This document shows, one piece after another, positions 8,285-16,580 of a stretch of 43,254 nt of DNA (within the stretch, counting starts at the first letter, position 1; each line of letters opens with the position of its first letter). Origin of the DNA: an uncultured Clostridia bacterium (GTDB taxonomy: Bacteria; Bacillota; Clostridia; Christensenellales; Pumilibacteraceae); contig CAKQJJ010000001.1 of the NCBI GenBank assembly GCA_934247335.1, positions 1 to 43,254 on the forward strand. Direction: 5' to 3'. A model generated the notes under the pieces. That model searched no databases. It was not told the DNA's origin and saw only the letters and a list, made by a program, of their open reading frames with translations. The translations under genes and the position numbers were made by a program.

Positions 8285-11200
8285 TTACGCGTTTTCTTCG
8301 GAAGTCTCGATTACTTCGGTGATTTCGACGTATTCGCCGTTGTCGCCGGTTTTGGTTTCGAGCTTATACTTTTTGCTGCCGCCCACGGTTACGATTTTTA
8401 CGTTTGCGTTGTCGGGATCGGCTTCGATTTCGGTAACGAGGTACGTGCTGCCGCCCACTGTGAGAAGCAGTGCGTTGCCTTCGGAATCTACGTCAACGTA
8501 ATCTTCGCCGTTTTCTGCGTAGATTGCCTTGCCGTCCTCAACCGAAACGCTTACGCTTTCGTAAGGAGCGATGACGTTGGTGTCGTCTTCGGAAGGTTCG
8601 CCGGGCTGATCGCCGCCGAGATCGGCTTCTACGACGGTGAGTTTGTAGTACTTGTTTGCCGTGATCTTGCCGTTTTCGTCAGTGGTTCTGGAAACGAGGT
8701 ACCATACGTTGTTCTTCTGGAAACGAATGGTGTACTCGATTGCGTTTTCTTCGGTAACTTCGCCGTTATACAGTCTTGCCGCAAACAGATATCCGGTGGG
8801 ATAGCCCGCGTCGGAAGTGATATTGCGTTCGAGTTCGACGGTGTAGCCGTTGGTCGTCGTCAAAGTCTGCGTACGGGTGAGCGCTACCGTCACGTAACCG
8901 GAAGTACTAAGCGCCTGAATGTACTGAATAGAGAAGTACATTTTGTAGGTGTACGTATCGGGATTCTGTTCGTCGTCGGCGTTCTTTACGGTAAAGGTTG
9001 CGATATAGTTCTGTCCGGTTTCGCCCTGACGCTCGAAGTCGGCTTTATCGAATACGATGATATTGCCGTTGACGTCGTACGCGCCCGAAGCCTGACCGAA
9101 TTCGCCGGTCATATAGTGAATGGTTTCCTTACCTTCGAGGTCGTATTCGTATACGAGCTGAAGCGTTCCGAACACATTGGGAAGCTGCTGAGCGTACTGC
9201 TGACCGTAAATCATGCTGTACATATAGTACATGTACCAGTAGTTATACGAACGAACGCCCATGATACGCTTCATGGAAACGATATCGTACGAGTTGACGC
9301 CCGAACCCTGATAGTCGACGCTGATATCCAGACGGAAGTAGGTCAAAGAATTTATTTGCAGGAGAATAAAGGTTTCGGGCTTGTCGCCGTTCATTATTCT
9401 GTAAACGTAGCAATCGAACTGGTCGTCGCCAAGCATAACCTTGCCGCTTACCGCAAACTGATCTGCTCCGGAAGGCGTGAAGGTAAGATGTCCGATGGTG
9501 CGATATTCGGTTTCTTCTTTTCCCTGTACCGGAATTCTGAACTTACCCGCATTTTCTTCGGGACGCTCGAAGTGGAGAGCGGCACCGTCGTCGTGATAGT
9601 AAGTCTTTCCTGCGTATTCTTTGGTTTCGGTGAATTCGCCGAACACTTCTTCGATGTAGCCGTACTTGTTGGTTTCCTGCGGAATAAGACCGTTTTCGTC
9701 GAATTCCTGATGATAAATGTAGCAAACGCCGTCCACTACGTTGTAGTAATAACGGGTGGTTCCGTTGAATACCGCAAAGCCGTATTTGGTGAACACGAGC
9801 GATTCGAGATCCTTGGTGTAGTAGCCGCGGGCTCTGTTTTCTACGGGGGTTATGGTTCCGTTGGTAAGGTTGTATTTATAGATAGAAGCGTCGCTGTCGG
9901 TTGCGTAGTACAGCAGGTCGTCGGTGATGAGCATGTAAGTTCCGGTTTCCTTTTCGCCGGTTTTGCCCACTTTCACCGCGTTGCCGTAGCCGTCGAGCGA
10001 CAGAACCGACCAGTCGTTGGTGTCGATGAAGTTCATCACGACTTCTTCGTTTCTGACGAAGAACGCAGGATACGTAGAAGTTCCGCTGCGGAAATATCCG
10101 AACTGACCTTTAAGCGTAACCGAAGTTCCGTTGGACATGGTATAGGTAAACGAGCAGTAGCCGTCGGCAAGCGTGTATTCGACGTCGGTTGCGATGTCTT
10201 TGGTTTCGTACTTGCCTGTTTCTTCATTAAGCGAAGTTACGCTTAACGTAAGCTTTCCGTAGCCGTCGAAAGCAACGGTCATACCGCCGTTGGTTCGGTT
10301 GTTGAGCACTACGTACGAGCCGTATTCAAAGCCGCGCTTGGTGAAGGTTTTGTCTTCTTTGAGATCGAGATAAATATAGCCGCTTTCCGAGATAAAGGTG
10401 AGCGCGCCGTTATCGCCGAGGTAGTAATAGCCTTCGATTTCGTTGCCGCTTTCGTCGGTGTAGAGCGCGCGATAGCCGAAGCCGTCGAGCGAAATGCTGG
10501 AATCGCCGAAAGTATATACGCCGTTTACCGAATCGTTGAGGCGTGCGAAGTAAACCGAATTGGAAACTACGACGCGGACGAACTCGAACGAGGTGTTACC
10601 CGAACGGAATCTGTAAATGTCGTCGCCGAATACGGTCTTTGCGCCGGTGGTGTCAGCCGTTCCTACGAGCGTAACCTTTTCGGCTGCGGCGCCTTCTCCT
10701 TCAACGGTAGTGTAGGTTGCGGCGCCCTTGCCGTCGAGAGCAAGAGTGGTGTTTCTGGATGCGGTGCCGTCCGAAAGCATTTCGGCTGCGGTGTACGGTG
10801 CAAACGCAAGTTTGGTAAGCGAAAGCGCGTCCGCGTTCAGCTCGAAATACATATAACGAGTGGTGGTCGTCTCGTCAACGGTGACCTTATAAGTAAGGAC
10901 GTAATATCCGTCTTTTGCGGCAGCCAGCGTTCCGTAGTAGCTGTTGTTGCCCTCGGTATATTTAGCAAAACCGCCCCAGACGGTGAGTTTTGCGCCGCTT
11001 TCGCCGTCGTAAATCTTGGTAAGAGTTTCGACTTCGCCGTCTTTAAGTTTATAGGACGACCAGAAGTTTACGCTGTACTGGGTGCTGTCGGAATCGACGA
11101 TAACGTCGGCGTATTCGACCATTGCGATATTTACGGTGGGCTGCATCCACAGCTTCTTTTCGCCGTTTTCGTCGGTAATGTAGTACGAATAAGCGGCAAC

Positions 11201-13465
11201 GTTGCCGTCCTCGTCCTTCACTTCTTCGATAGAAGTGAATTTATCGATGAAATATTCTTTTGCCGTATATCTGTACGCGCCGTCGGCAGAGCCTTTGGTA
11301 ACGGTACCGGTGGAGATAAGCTCGTACGTTTTGTTTGCGGTGTAGCCGTAGAACGAAGCTTTGCCTTCCGACAAATTATCGATTACGAGCAAGGGTGCGT
11401 AATAGACGCCTTCTGCCGTGCTGTAATAGTACTCGGCGTACGAAGCGTCCTTTTTCTCGAAAGAATAAATGGTTTCGACTTTCTTTTCGCCGTCTTCGCC
11501 TTCTACTTCCTGGGAAGCGGAAGTGACGAGGAATTTATAGGTCTTGGAATCGTTGCCGTAAAGCGTTACCATGTAGCCGAACACCGAAGAACTCGTGACG
11601 TAGTTGCCGGTAACGGTGGTTTTGCCGTCGTTGTATTCGGCAGTGTAAACGCCGTCGGTTTTAAGCGTTGCGCCGCCGGAAGTAATGGTTCTGTCGTAAT
11701 TAGACTCGTACAGGGTGTACACCGTCATTCCGTTGTGAGTGAACACGCTGAGTACGCCCGCCGTCTGCATTCCGTTTACGCGCAGAGTGAGAAGCGTTCT
11801 GTCTTCGTTGAACGAATAGTAATAGTTTGCCGATCCGATCTTGCCGGTGGTAAGATCGACGGTGGACATGGTTGCCACGCCGAAGCCGTTGAGCTTGATG
11901 CCGTAGTACATTTCGCGAAGAGTGACGAGCTTGCCTTCTGCGTTAAGCATCACGCGGGAAATGGTTCCCATATTGATATCGTCTTCGTTGCGCACCTGGA
12001 AAGCGTTCTGCTGCTGTTCGTTGATGGTTACGGTACCTCTTACGAAAGTCATAATCTGACCTTCGAGGTCGCCGCCTTCAAACACCGCAACGTGCTGATT
12101 GCCGTTTTCGATGGTGTAATAACCGGTTGCGCTTACGGTAATTTTATTCTTTTCGTCGTACTCGTTGTAGGTAATGCCGTTGTACTGGTCGAGAACGATT
12201 ACCTTGGATTTATCTATTCCGCCGCCAAGCACATAGAGATAAGCGGTGTAGCCGTCGCGGGTTTTATCAGCATAAACGTACGTGAGGTCGTCGTTGAGCT
12301 TGCCTTTCAGCAAAGTGGTGTCTTCGGTTGCGTGAATAAGCGTGAAAGTGCTGTCCTTTGCGGAATATTCGGCACGGTAGAACACGCCGTTTCTTTCGAT
12401 GAACACGCTCTTCTGCTCGGCAAAGAAATAAACGTTGTCTGCGCCGCCGAACATATCGGTGTACGCTTCTTCCCATACCGCGTAGTAGGTTTTGCTTGCG
12501 GTGGGATTGAGCATGTTTTTAACGTCGGCGTCGGTCTTGTTGTAAAGGCGATTGTAGATATAATTTGCGTAAACTTCTACGCTGCCGCCTTCCTTGGTGG
12601 TCCAGCCTGCGAGAACGTAGCCGTCGGCTTTGTAATCGGAGGGAACTTCTACTTCGGTTCCCGCAGCGACGTCGCTTAAAACGAAGTCATCGGAAGTAGT
12701 GCCGTCGGGATAGGAAACTTTGAAGGTAAGATTGATGGACAAACGGTCAAAGTAATGACGGAACACGTTTTCGGAAGCGTTTTCGGAGAGGTTGCCCTCG
12801 GTTTTGGCGTTGTCGTTTGCAACTTCTTCGTATCCTTCCTTGGTTACGGAAGCGGAGTAAGCCGAACCTACGTAGCCGCTGCCGGACTTGGTTTCTTCCA
12901 ATTCGTAGCCGGATTTATCTGCTTTCTGAACGTAGATTTCGACGGTGTAAGCAACTTTATAGCGCGCGGTAAGCGTGGTGTCGGCGGTCATGAGCGTGGA
13001 CGAAGTGACTTCGTTGTCGCCGATAAACCATGCGCCGAACGTAAGACCCGCTTTTTCGGGGACTATGTTTTTAACCGCGTCGTAAATGATTGCTCCTTCT
13101 TTTACGGTAAGCGTAGTCGTATTAACCGTGCCGCCGTTTGCGTCCAGCGTAAGAGTAAGCAACTTTGCCCACTTTGCGTAGAACTTTACGTCTGCGGAAA
13201 CGGTGATTTCGGTTACGGGGCTGCCCGAGAATGAAGGATCGGTGTACCAGCCTTCAAATTCGTAGCCGTCGCGGGAAGGCGTGGGAAGCGTGTACTTGCT
13301 GCCCTCTTCCTTTGTTTCCTGAGCTATCGAAGCCGCGCCGTTGGTTTCAAACGAGAGCGCGAACTTCTTCGAGTCTTTGTCGTTGTCGCACGCGGCAAGC
13401 GAAGTTACCGACAGTGCGGTTACGGCAAAAACCGTAGTCAAAAGAATTTTTTTGAATTTGTTCAT
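8285..13465 (-). CDS. 1726-aa lipoprotein: three N-terminal Listeria-Bacteroides (InlB B) repeats plus about 1400 aa of unrecognised Tyr/Thr/Gly-rich sequence
   Basis: Signal peptide with lipobox LAAC (Cys26). B-repeat hallmarks GYEFEGWYTD, LTFGAWF and GYVLAGWTT. RBS AGGAGA. I recognise no family for residues about 335-1726. Confidence 0.85.
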   Translation of the reverse strand: MNKFKKILLTTVFAVTALSVTSLAACDNDKDSKKFALSFETNGAASIAQETKEEGSKYTLPTPSRDGYEFEGWYTDPSFSGSPVTEITVSADVKFYAKWAKLLTLTLDANGGTVNTTTLTVKEGAIIYDAVKNIVPEKAGLTFGAWFIGDNEVTSSTLMTADTTLTARYKVAYTVEIYVQKADKSGYELEETKSGSGYVGSAYSASVTKEGYEEVANDNAKTEGNLSENASENVFRHYFDRLSINLTFKVSYPDGTTSDDFVLSDVAAGTEVEVPSDYKADGYVLAGWTTKEGGSVEVYANYIYNRLYNKTDADVKNMLNPTASKTYYAVWEEAYTDMFGGADNVYFFAEQKSVFIERNGVFYRAEYSAKDSTFTLIHATEDTTLLKGKLNDDLTYVYADKTRDGYTAYLYVLGGGIDKSKVIVLDQYNGITYNEYDEKNKITVSATGYYTIENGNQHVAVFEGGDLEGQIMTFVRGTVTINEQQQNAFQVRNEDDINMGTISRVMLNAEGKLVTLREMYYGIKLNGFGVATMSTVDLTTGKIGSANYYYSFNEDRTLLTLRVNGMQTAGVLSVFTHNGMTVYTLYESNYDRTITSGGATLKTDGVYTAEYNDGKTTVTGNYVTSSSVFGYMVTLYGNDSKTYKFLVTSASQEVEGEDGEKKVETIYSFEKKDASYAEYYYSTAEGVYYAPLLVIDNLSEGKASFYGYTANKTYELISTGTVTKGSADGAYRYTAKEYFIDKFTSIEEVKDEDGNVAAYSYYITDENGEKKLWMQPTVNIAMVEYADVIVDSDSTQYSVNFWSSYKLKDGEVETLTKIYDGESGAKLTVWGGFAKYTEGNNSYYGTLAAAKDGYYVLTYKVTVDETTTTRYMYFELNADALSLTKLAFAPYTAAEMLSDGTASRNTTLALDGKGAATYTTVEGEGAAAEKVTLVGTADTTGAKTVFGDDIYRFRSGNTSFEFVRVVVSNSVYFARLNDSVNGVYTFGDSSISLDGFGYRALYTDESGNEIEGYYYLGDNGALTFISESGYIYLDLKEDKTFTKRGFEYGSYVVLNNRTNGGMTVAFDGYGKLTLSVTSLNEETGKYETKDIATDVEYTLADGYCSFTYTMSNGTSVTLKGQFGYFRSGTSTYPAFFVRNEEVVMNFIDTNDWSVLSLDGYGNAVKVGKTGEKETGTYMLITDDLLYYATDSDASIYKYNLTNGTITPVENRARGYYTKDLESLVFTKYGFAVFNGTTRYYYNVVDGVCYIYHQEFDENGLIPQETNKYGYIEEVFGEFTETKEYAGKTYYHDDGAALHFERPEENAGKFRIPVQGKEETEYRTIGHLTFTPSGADQFAVSGKVMLGDDQFDCYVYRIMNGDKPETFILLQINSLTYFRLDISVDYQGSGVNSYDIVSMKRIMGVRSYNYWYMYYMYSMIYGQQYAQQLPNVFGTLQLVYEYDLEGKETIHYMTGEFGQASGAYDVNGNIIVFDKADFERQGETGQNYIATFTVKNADDEQNPDTYTYKMYFSIQYIQALSTSGYVTVALTRTQTLTTTNGYTVELERNITSDAGYPTGYLFAARLYNGEVTEENAIEYTIRFQKNNVWYLVSRTTDENGKITANKYYKLTVVEADLGGDQPGEPSEDDTNVIAPYESVSVSVEDGKAIYAENGEDYVDVDSEGNALLLTVGGSTYLVTEIEADPDNANVKIVTVGGSKKYKLETKTGDNGEYVEITEVIETSEENA

Positions 13466-13486
13466 ATATATCTCCTGTAAAGTTGA

Positions 13487-16400
13487 TTACTTGATTAAAA
13501 ACGCGTTGAACGCGCCGCTAAGCAGCATTTTTGCCGTCTGGCTGTCGGCGTCGTTTTGTTCGTTGTCGGGATTGCCGAATATGTCGTCAATAAGGTCGCC
13601 GAACGGGTTGTCGCTGTCGTCCGCTTCTCTCCACACGGTATACAGAACGGTGCCGTCGGGAAGATTGAACACATCGCCGTCGGTATATTCTGCTTCGGTG
13701 GCGTCCGGAGTGGTGGCAAAGCCCGCGCACACAAGACCTGCTCTTCCGGGCAACGTGATCTTGACGGTGGTATATTCGTAGTGTTCGCCGTCATCGTCGG
13801 TTACTTTTACGACCTGATATACGTTTTCGGTATTATTCTGCGAAACGGTGAAGCTTTCGACGTAGCCGTCGGCGGAAATCGTGCTTCCGTATATAACGGG
13901 GAGGACGGACGAGTTCCAGCCTTGCTGCCAGCCTGCCAGAGCCTCTTCGGATTCGGCGTAAATCACCGCCGGGCTTGCATTATAAAATGCGTTTTCGGCA
14001 ATGTTTTTAAGCGAACTTCTGAGAGTAATCGAGCGGGCGTTTGTGTTTGCGAAAGCATAACTTTCTATCGTTTCGACGTTTTCGGGAATTGCGATATTTC
14101 TGAATCCCGTGCCGTAGAACGCGTATTCGCCTATTTCCTTTACTCCTTTTCCGAAGTCAACGCTGCTGAGCGCCGTGGCTCCGTAGAAGGTGCTGTTTTC
14201 TATTCTTTCAAGCGAATCGGGCAACTTTATCGAGGTAATGCGGGTTTTGTAGAATGCCGCGTAGCCTATTTCGGTAACGTTACCTTCGATTATTACGTTT
14301 TTAAGATAGCGACTGCTTCCGAAAGCTTTTCTGCCGATAACCGTGACGTTCTCCGGGATAGTTAATCTACCCAAGCCGCTGTTGAAGAACGCAAAATCGG
14401 GTATTTCGGTAATGCCTTCGCCGAATTTCACGTCGACCAGGTTGGCGCAGGAATTGAACGCGTTGGTTCCAATCGAGGTAGTGGAATCGGGGATGTCCAC
14501 TTCGCTTAGTCTTGCGCAGGCGTAGAACGCAGACCTACCTATCGAGCGCAATCTCGACGGCAAAGTTATTTTCATCATTGACTGGCAGCCGAGAAAAGCG
14601 TAGTCGGGGATATCGCGCAGGTCGTCGCTGAGCGCAATGCCGGTGAGTGCCTGACATGCGTAGAACGCGCCTTTACCGATATAGCGAACGTTTTCGGTTG
14701 CAGTAATCGTGGTCATGGATTGCTGAACGATAAACGCGTAGTCGGCTATTCCGACGCAGGTGATTTTGTCCTTGCCCTTTTCGTCTATCGTAAGGTTTGC
14801 GGTGCTTATCGACTCCCAGTTTCCAAGCATGTCTTTTTTGCCGAACGTCGTCGTTCCTACCGCCCACTTTCCGCAGAATACGACGCCGTTGGTGGCGTTA
14901 TTCCACAGCTGAGTGCCGTAAAACGCAAGCGCTCCGATGCTTCTTACCGAATCGGGAAGAGTATCTTCAGGGCTGTACTTGTTGTTATCGAAAGTGGAAC
15001 ATCCGTAAAAAGCAGCGCCTTCTATCGTGGTGAGTACGTCGCCGAAGTCCACGTTAGTTAAGATCGGACACGAAGCAAACGCGCCGTAAGCAATTACTCT
15101 TACCTTGGGCATAATCACTTTGTACAAAAGCGGACACGCGATAAACGCCTGTTTTCCCACTATTTCCACGGACGAGGGAAGCGTAACGTCCGAAAGTCGC
15201 TGGCATTTGGTAAATACCGAATCGGCGATTGCGTACGTGCCTTCTTTTATCTGATCTTTTCCGAGCGACACGACGTCGCGGGTTTCGGATTTATATGCGA
15301 CCAGCCATTTGTCGGCGTAGACGTATTCGCCCGCCGCCTCGTAAAGTCCGGTAAGGTCAAACGCGCCGAAACCGACGTGATTTACCGAATCCGGAATGGA
15401 TATTTCTTTGATTTCGCTGTCGCCGTAGAAGCATGCCTCGCCCAGATCTTCTGTGCCGTCGGGCAAAACGACGCCCGTAAGTTTCGTGCAGTAGCTGAAC
15501 GCGTTGGTTTCAAGCGTTTTGAGCGACGACTGAGCGGCAAAGTTTACGGTTTTGAGCGATTCGGCACGGGAGAACGCATATTCTTTAATCGTTTCGACTC
15601 CTGCTCCGACGTTTACCGTTTCAAGCGCTTTGGACACGGTGAAAGCGGATTTTCCTATCGTTTTAACCGTATCGGGAATTGTTATTTCTTTAAGCGAGCT
15701 GCCGTAAGCAAAGGCAAGTTCGCCGATGTTTTCCAAGCCCTCGTTGAGCGTGACTTTTTCAAGCGACGCGCAATACGCAAACGTGTTGTACGGAATTTCC
15801 TTGACGGTGGACGGAATTACCATTTCTTTAAGCGAGCTGCACGACTGGAACGCGCTTTCGCCTATCGTCGTAACGCCTTCCGGGAGCACTACTCTTTCCA
15901 GTTTCGGACAGGACGAGAAAGCCGCTTTACCTATATAAGTAACGTTGTTTCCCACGGTTACGTCCACGATTTTGACGCTTCCCTTAAACGCCTGATCGGC
16001 GATGCGTGTTACGGGCTTGCCGCGGTAGTAGTCTTCGATGACTATTGCGCCCGAAGCTTTGCCCACGCGGTTTACCTCGTATTCGGTGCCACCGTTTATA
16101 AGCGCGTACTTACACCCGGTTTCGTACTCCTTGTGGAAGGAATACTGTTCCGACCAGTCGGAATCGCTTGTGCCTTTTGTTTTTCCCAGCGCTTTTATCT
16201 TTATTATATAGTCGCCTTCGTTGAGCGTGAATCTGTTGCTGTTGCTGAGTTCGACGGTAGTTCTTCTCGAATCGAAGCTGTACGTGTTTACCGACGTTTC
16301 TTCTTTGACGAGATCGATTAAATCGCTTCCGTCAAGAGTGCTGATTTCAACCGTATACGCGGAAGCGTTTGTAACCGCCGACCACGTAAGCGTGTTTTCG

Positions 16401-16510
16401 AGATCGACGTTTACGTCTTCGGGCGCGGCAAGAGTTCCGCCGCACGCGGTAAACGCCGCCAGCAACGCACACGCTATAAATATAAAGAAAATTTTCCTAA
16501 CGGATTTCAT
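13487..16510 (-). CDS. 1007-aa BspA-type leucine-rich-repeat lipoprotein
   Basis: Signal peptide with FTAC lipobox (Cys23). An Fn3-like module (LTWSAVTNASAYTVEI) is followed by about 700 aa of LRR_5-type repeats (IPxxVxxIGxxAFxxCxxLxxV). The C-terminus has a partial B-repeat and an acidic tail. RBS AAGGAGA. Confidence 0.9.
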   Translation of the reverse strand: MKSVRKIFFIFIACALLAAFTACGGTLAAPEDVNVDLENTLTWSAVTNASAYTVEISTLDGSDLIDLVKEETSVNTYSFDSRRTTVELSNSNRFTLNEGDYIIKIKALGKTKGTSDSDWSEQYSFHKEYETGCKYALINGGTEYEVNRVGKASGAIVIEDYYRGKPVTRIADQAFKGSVKIVDVTVGNNVTYIGKAAFSSCPKLERVVLPEGVTTIGESAFQSCSSLKEMVIPSTVKEIPYNTFAYCASLEKVTLNEGLENIGELAFAYGSSLKEITIPDTVKTIGKSAFTVSKALETVNVGAGVETIKEYAFSRAESLKTVNFAAQSSLKTLETNAFSYCTKLTGVVLPDGTEDLGEACFYGDSEIKEISIPDSVNHVGFGAFDLTGLYEAAGEYVYADKWLVAYKSETRDVVSLGKDQIKEGTYAIADSVFTKCQRLSDVTLPSSVEIVGKQAFIACPLLYKVIMPKVRVIAYGAFASCPILTNVDFGDVLTTIEGAAFYGCSTFDNNKYSPEDTLPDSVRSIGALAFYGTQLWNNATNGVVFCGKWAVGTTTFGKKDMLGNWESISTANLTIDEKGKDKITCVGIADYAFIVQQSMTTITATENVRYIGKGAFYACQALTGIALSDDLRDIPDYAFLGCQSMMKITLPSRLRSIGRSAFYACARLSEVDIPDSTTSIGTNAFNSCANLVDVKFGEGITEIPDFAFFNSGLGRLTIPENVTVIGRKAFGSSRYLKNVIIEGNVTEIGYAAFYKTRITSIKLPDSLERIENSTFYGATALSSVDFGKGVKEIGEYAFYGTGFRNIAIPENVETIESYAFANTNARSITLRSSLKNIAENAFYNASPAVIYAESEEALAGWQQGWNSSVLPVIYGSTISADGYVESFTVSQNNTENVYQVVKVTDDDGEHYEYTTVKITLPGRAGLVCAGFATTPDATEAEYTDGDVFNLPDGTVLYTVWREADDSDNPFGDLIDDIFGNPDNEQNDADSQTAKMLLSGAFNAFLIK
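13886..16018 (-). repeat. tandem BspA/LRR_5-type repeat coding array (protein-level repeats)
   Basis: A recurrent unit of about 23-25 aa, for example VTYIGKAAFSSCPKLERVVLPEG / VTTIGESAFQSCSSLKEMVIPST. Boundaries are approximate (aa about 165-875). Confidence 0.8.
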
Positions 16511-16580
16511 TTACTCTCCTTGAATAGCGGCAAACAAAACTTTTTTATCGTTTTACCACCGCTTTCGTAACATAATCGGT

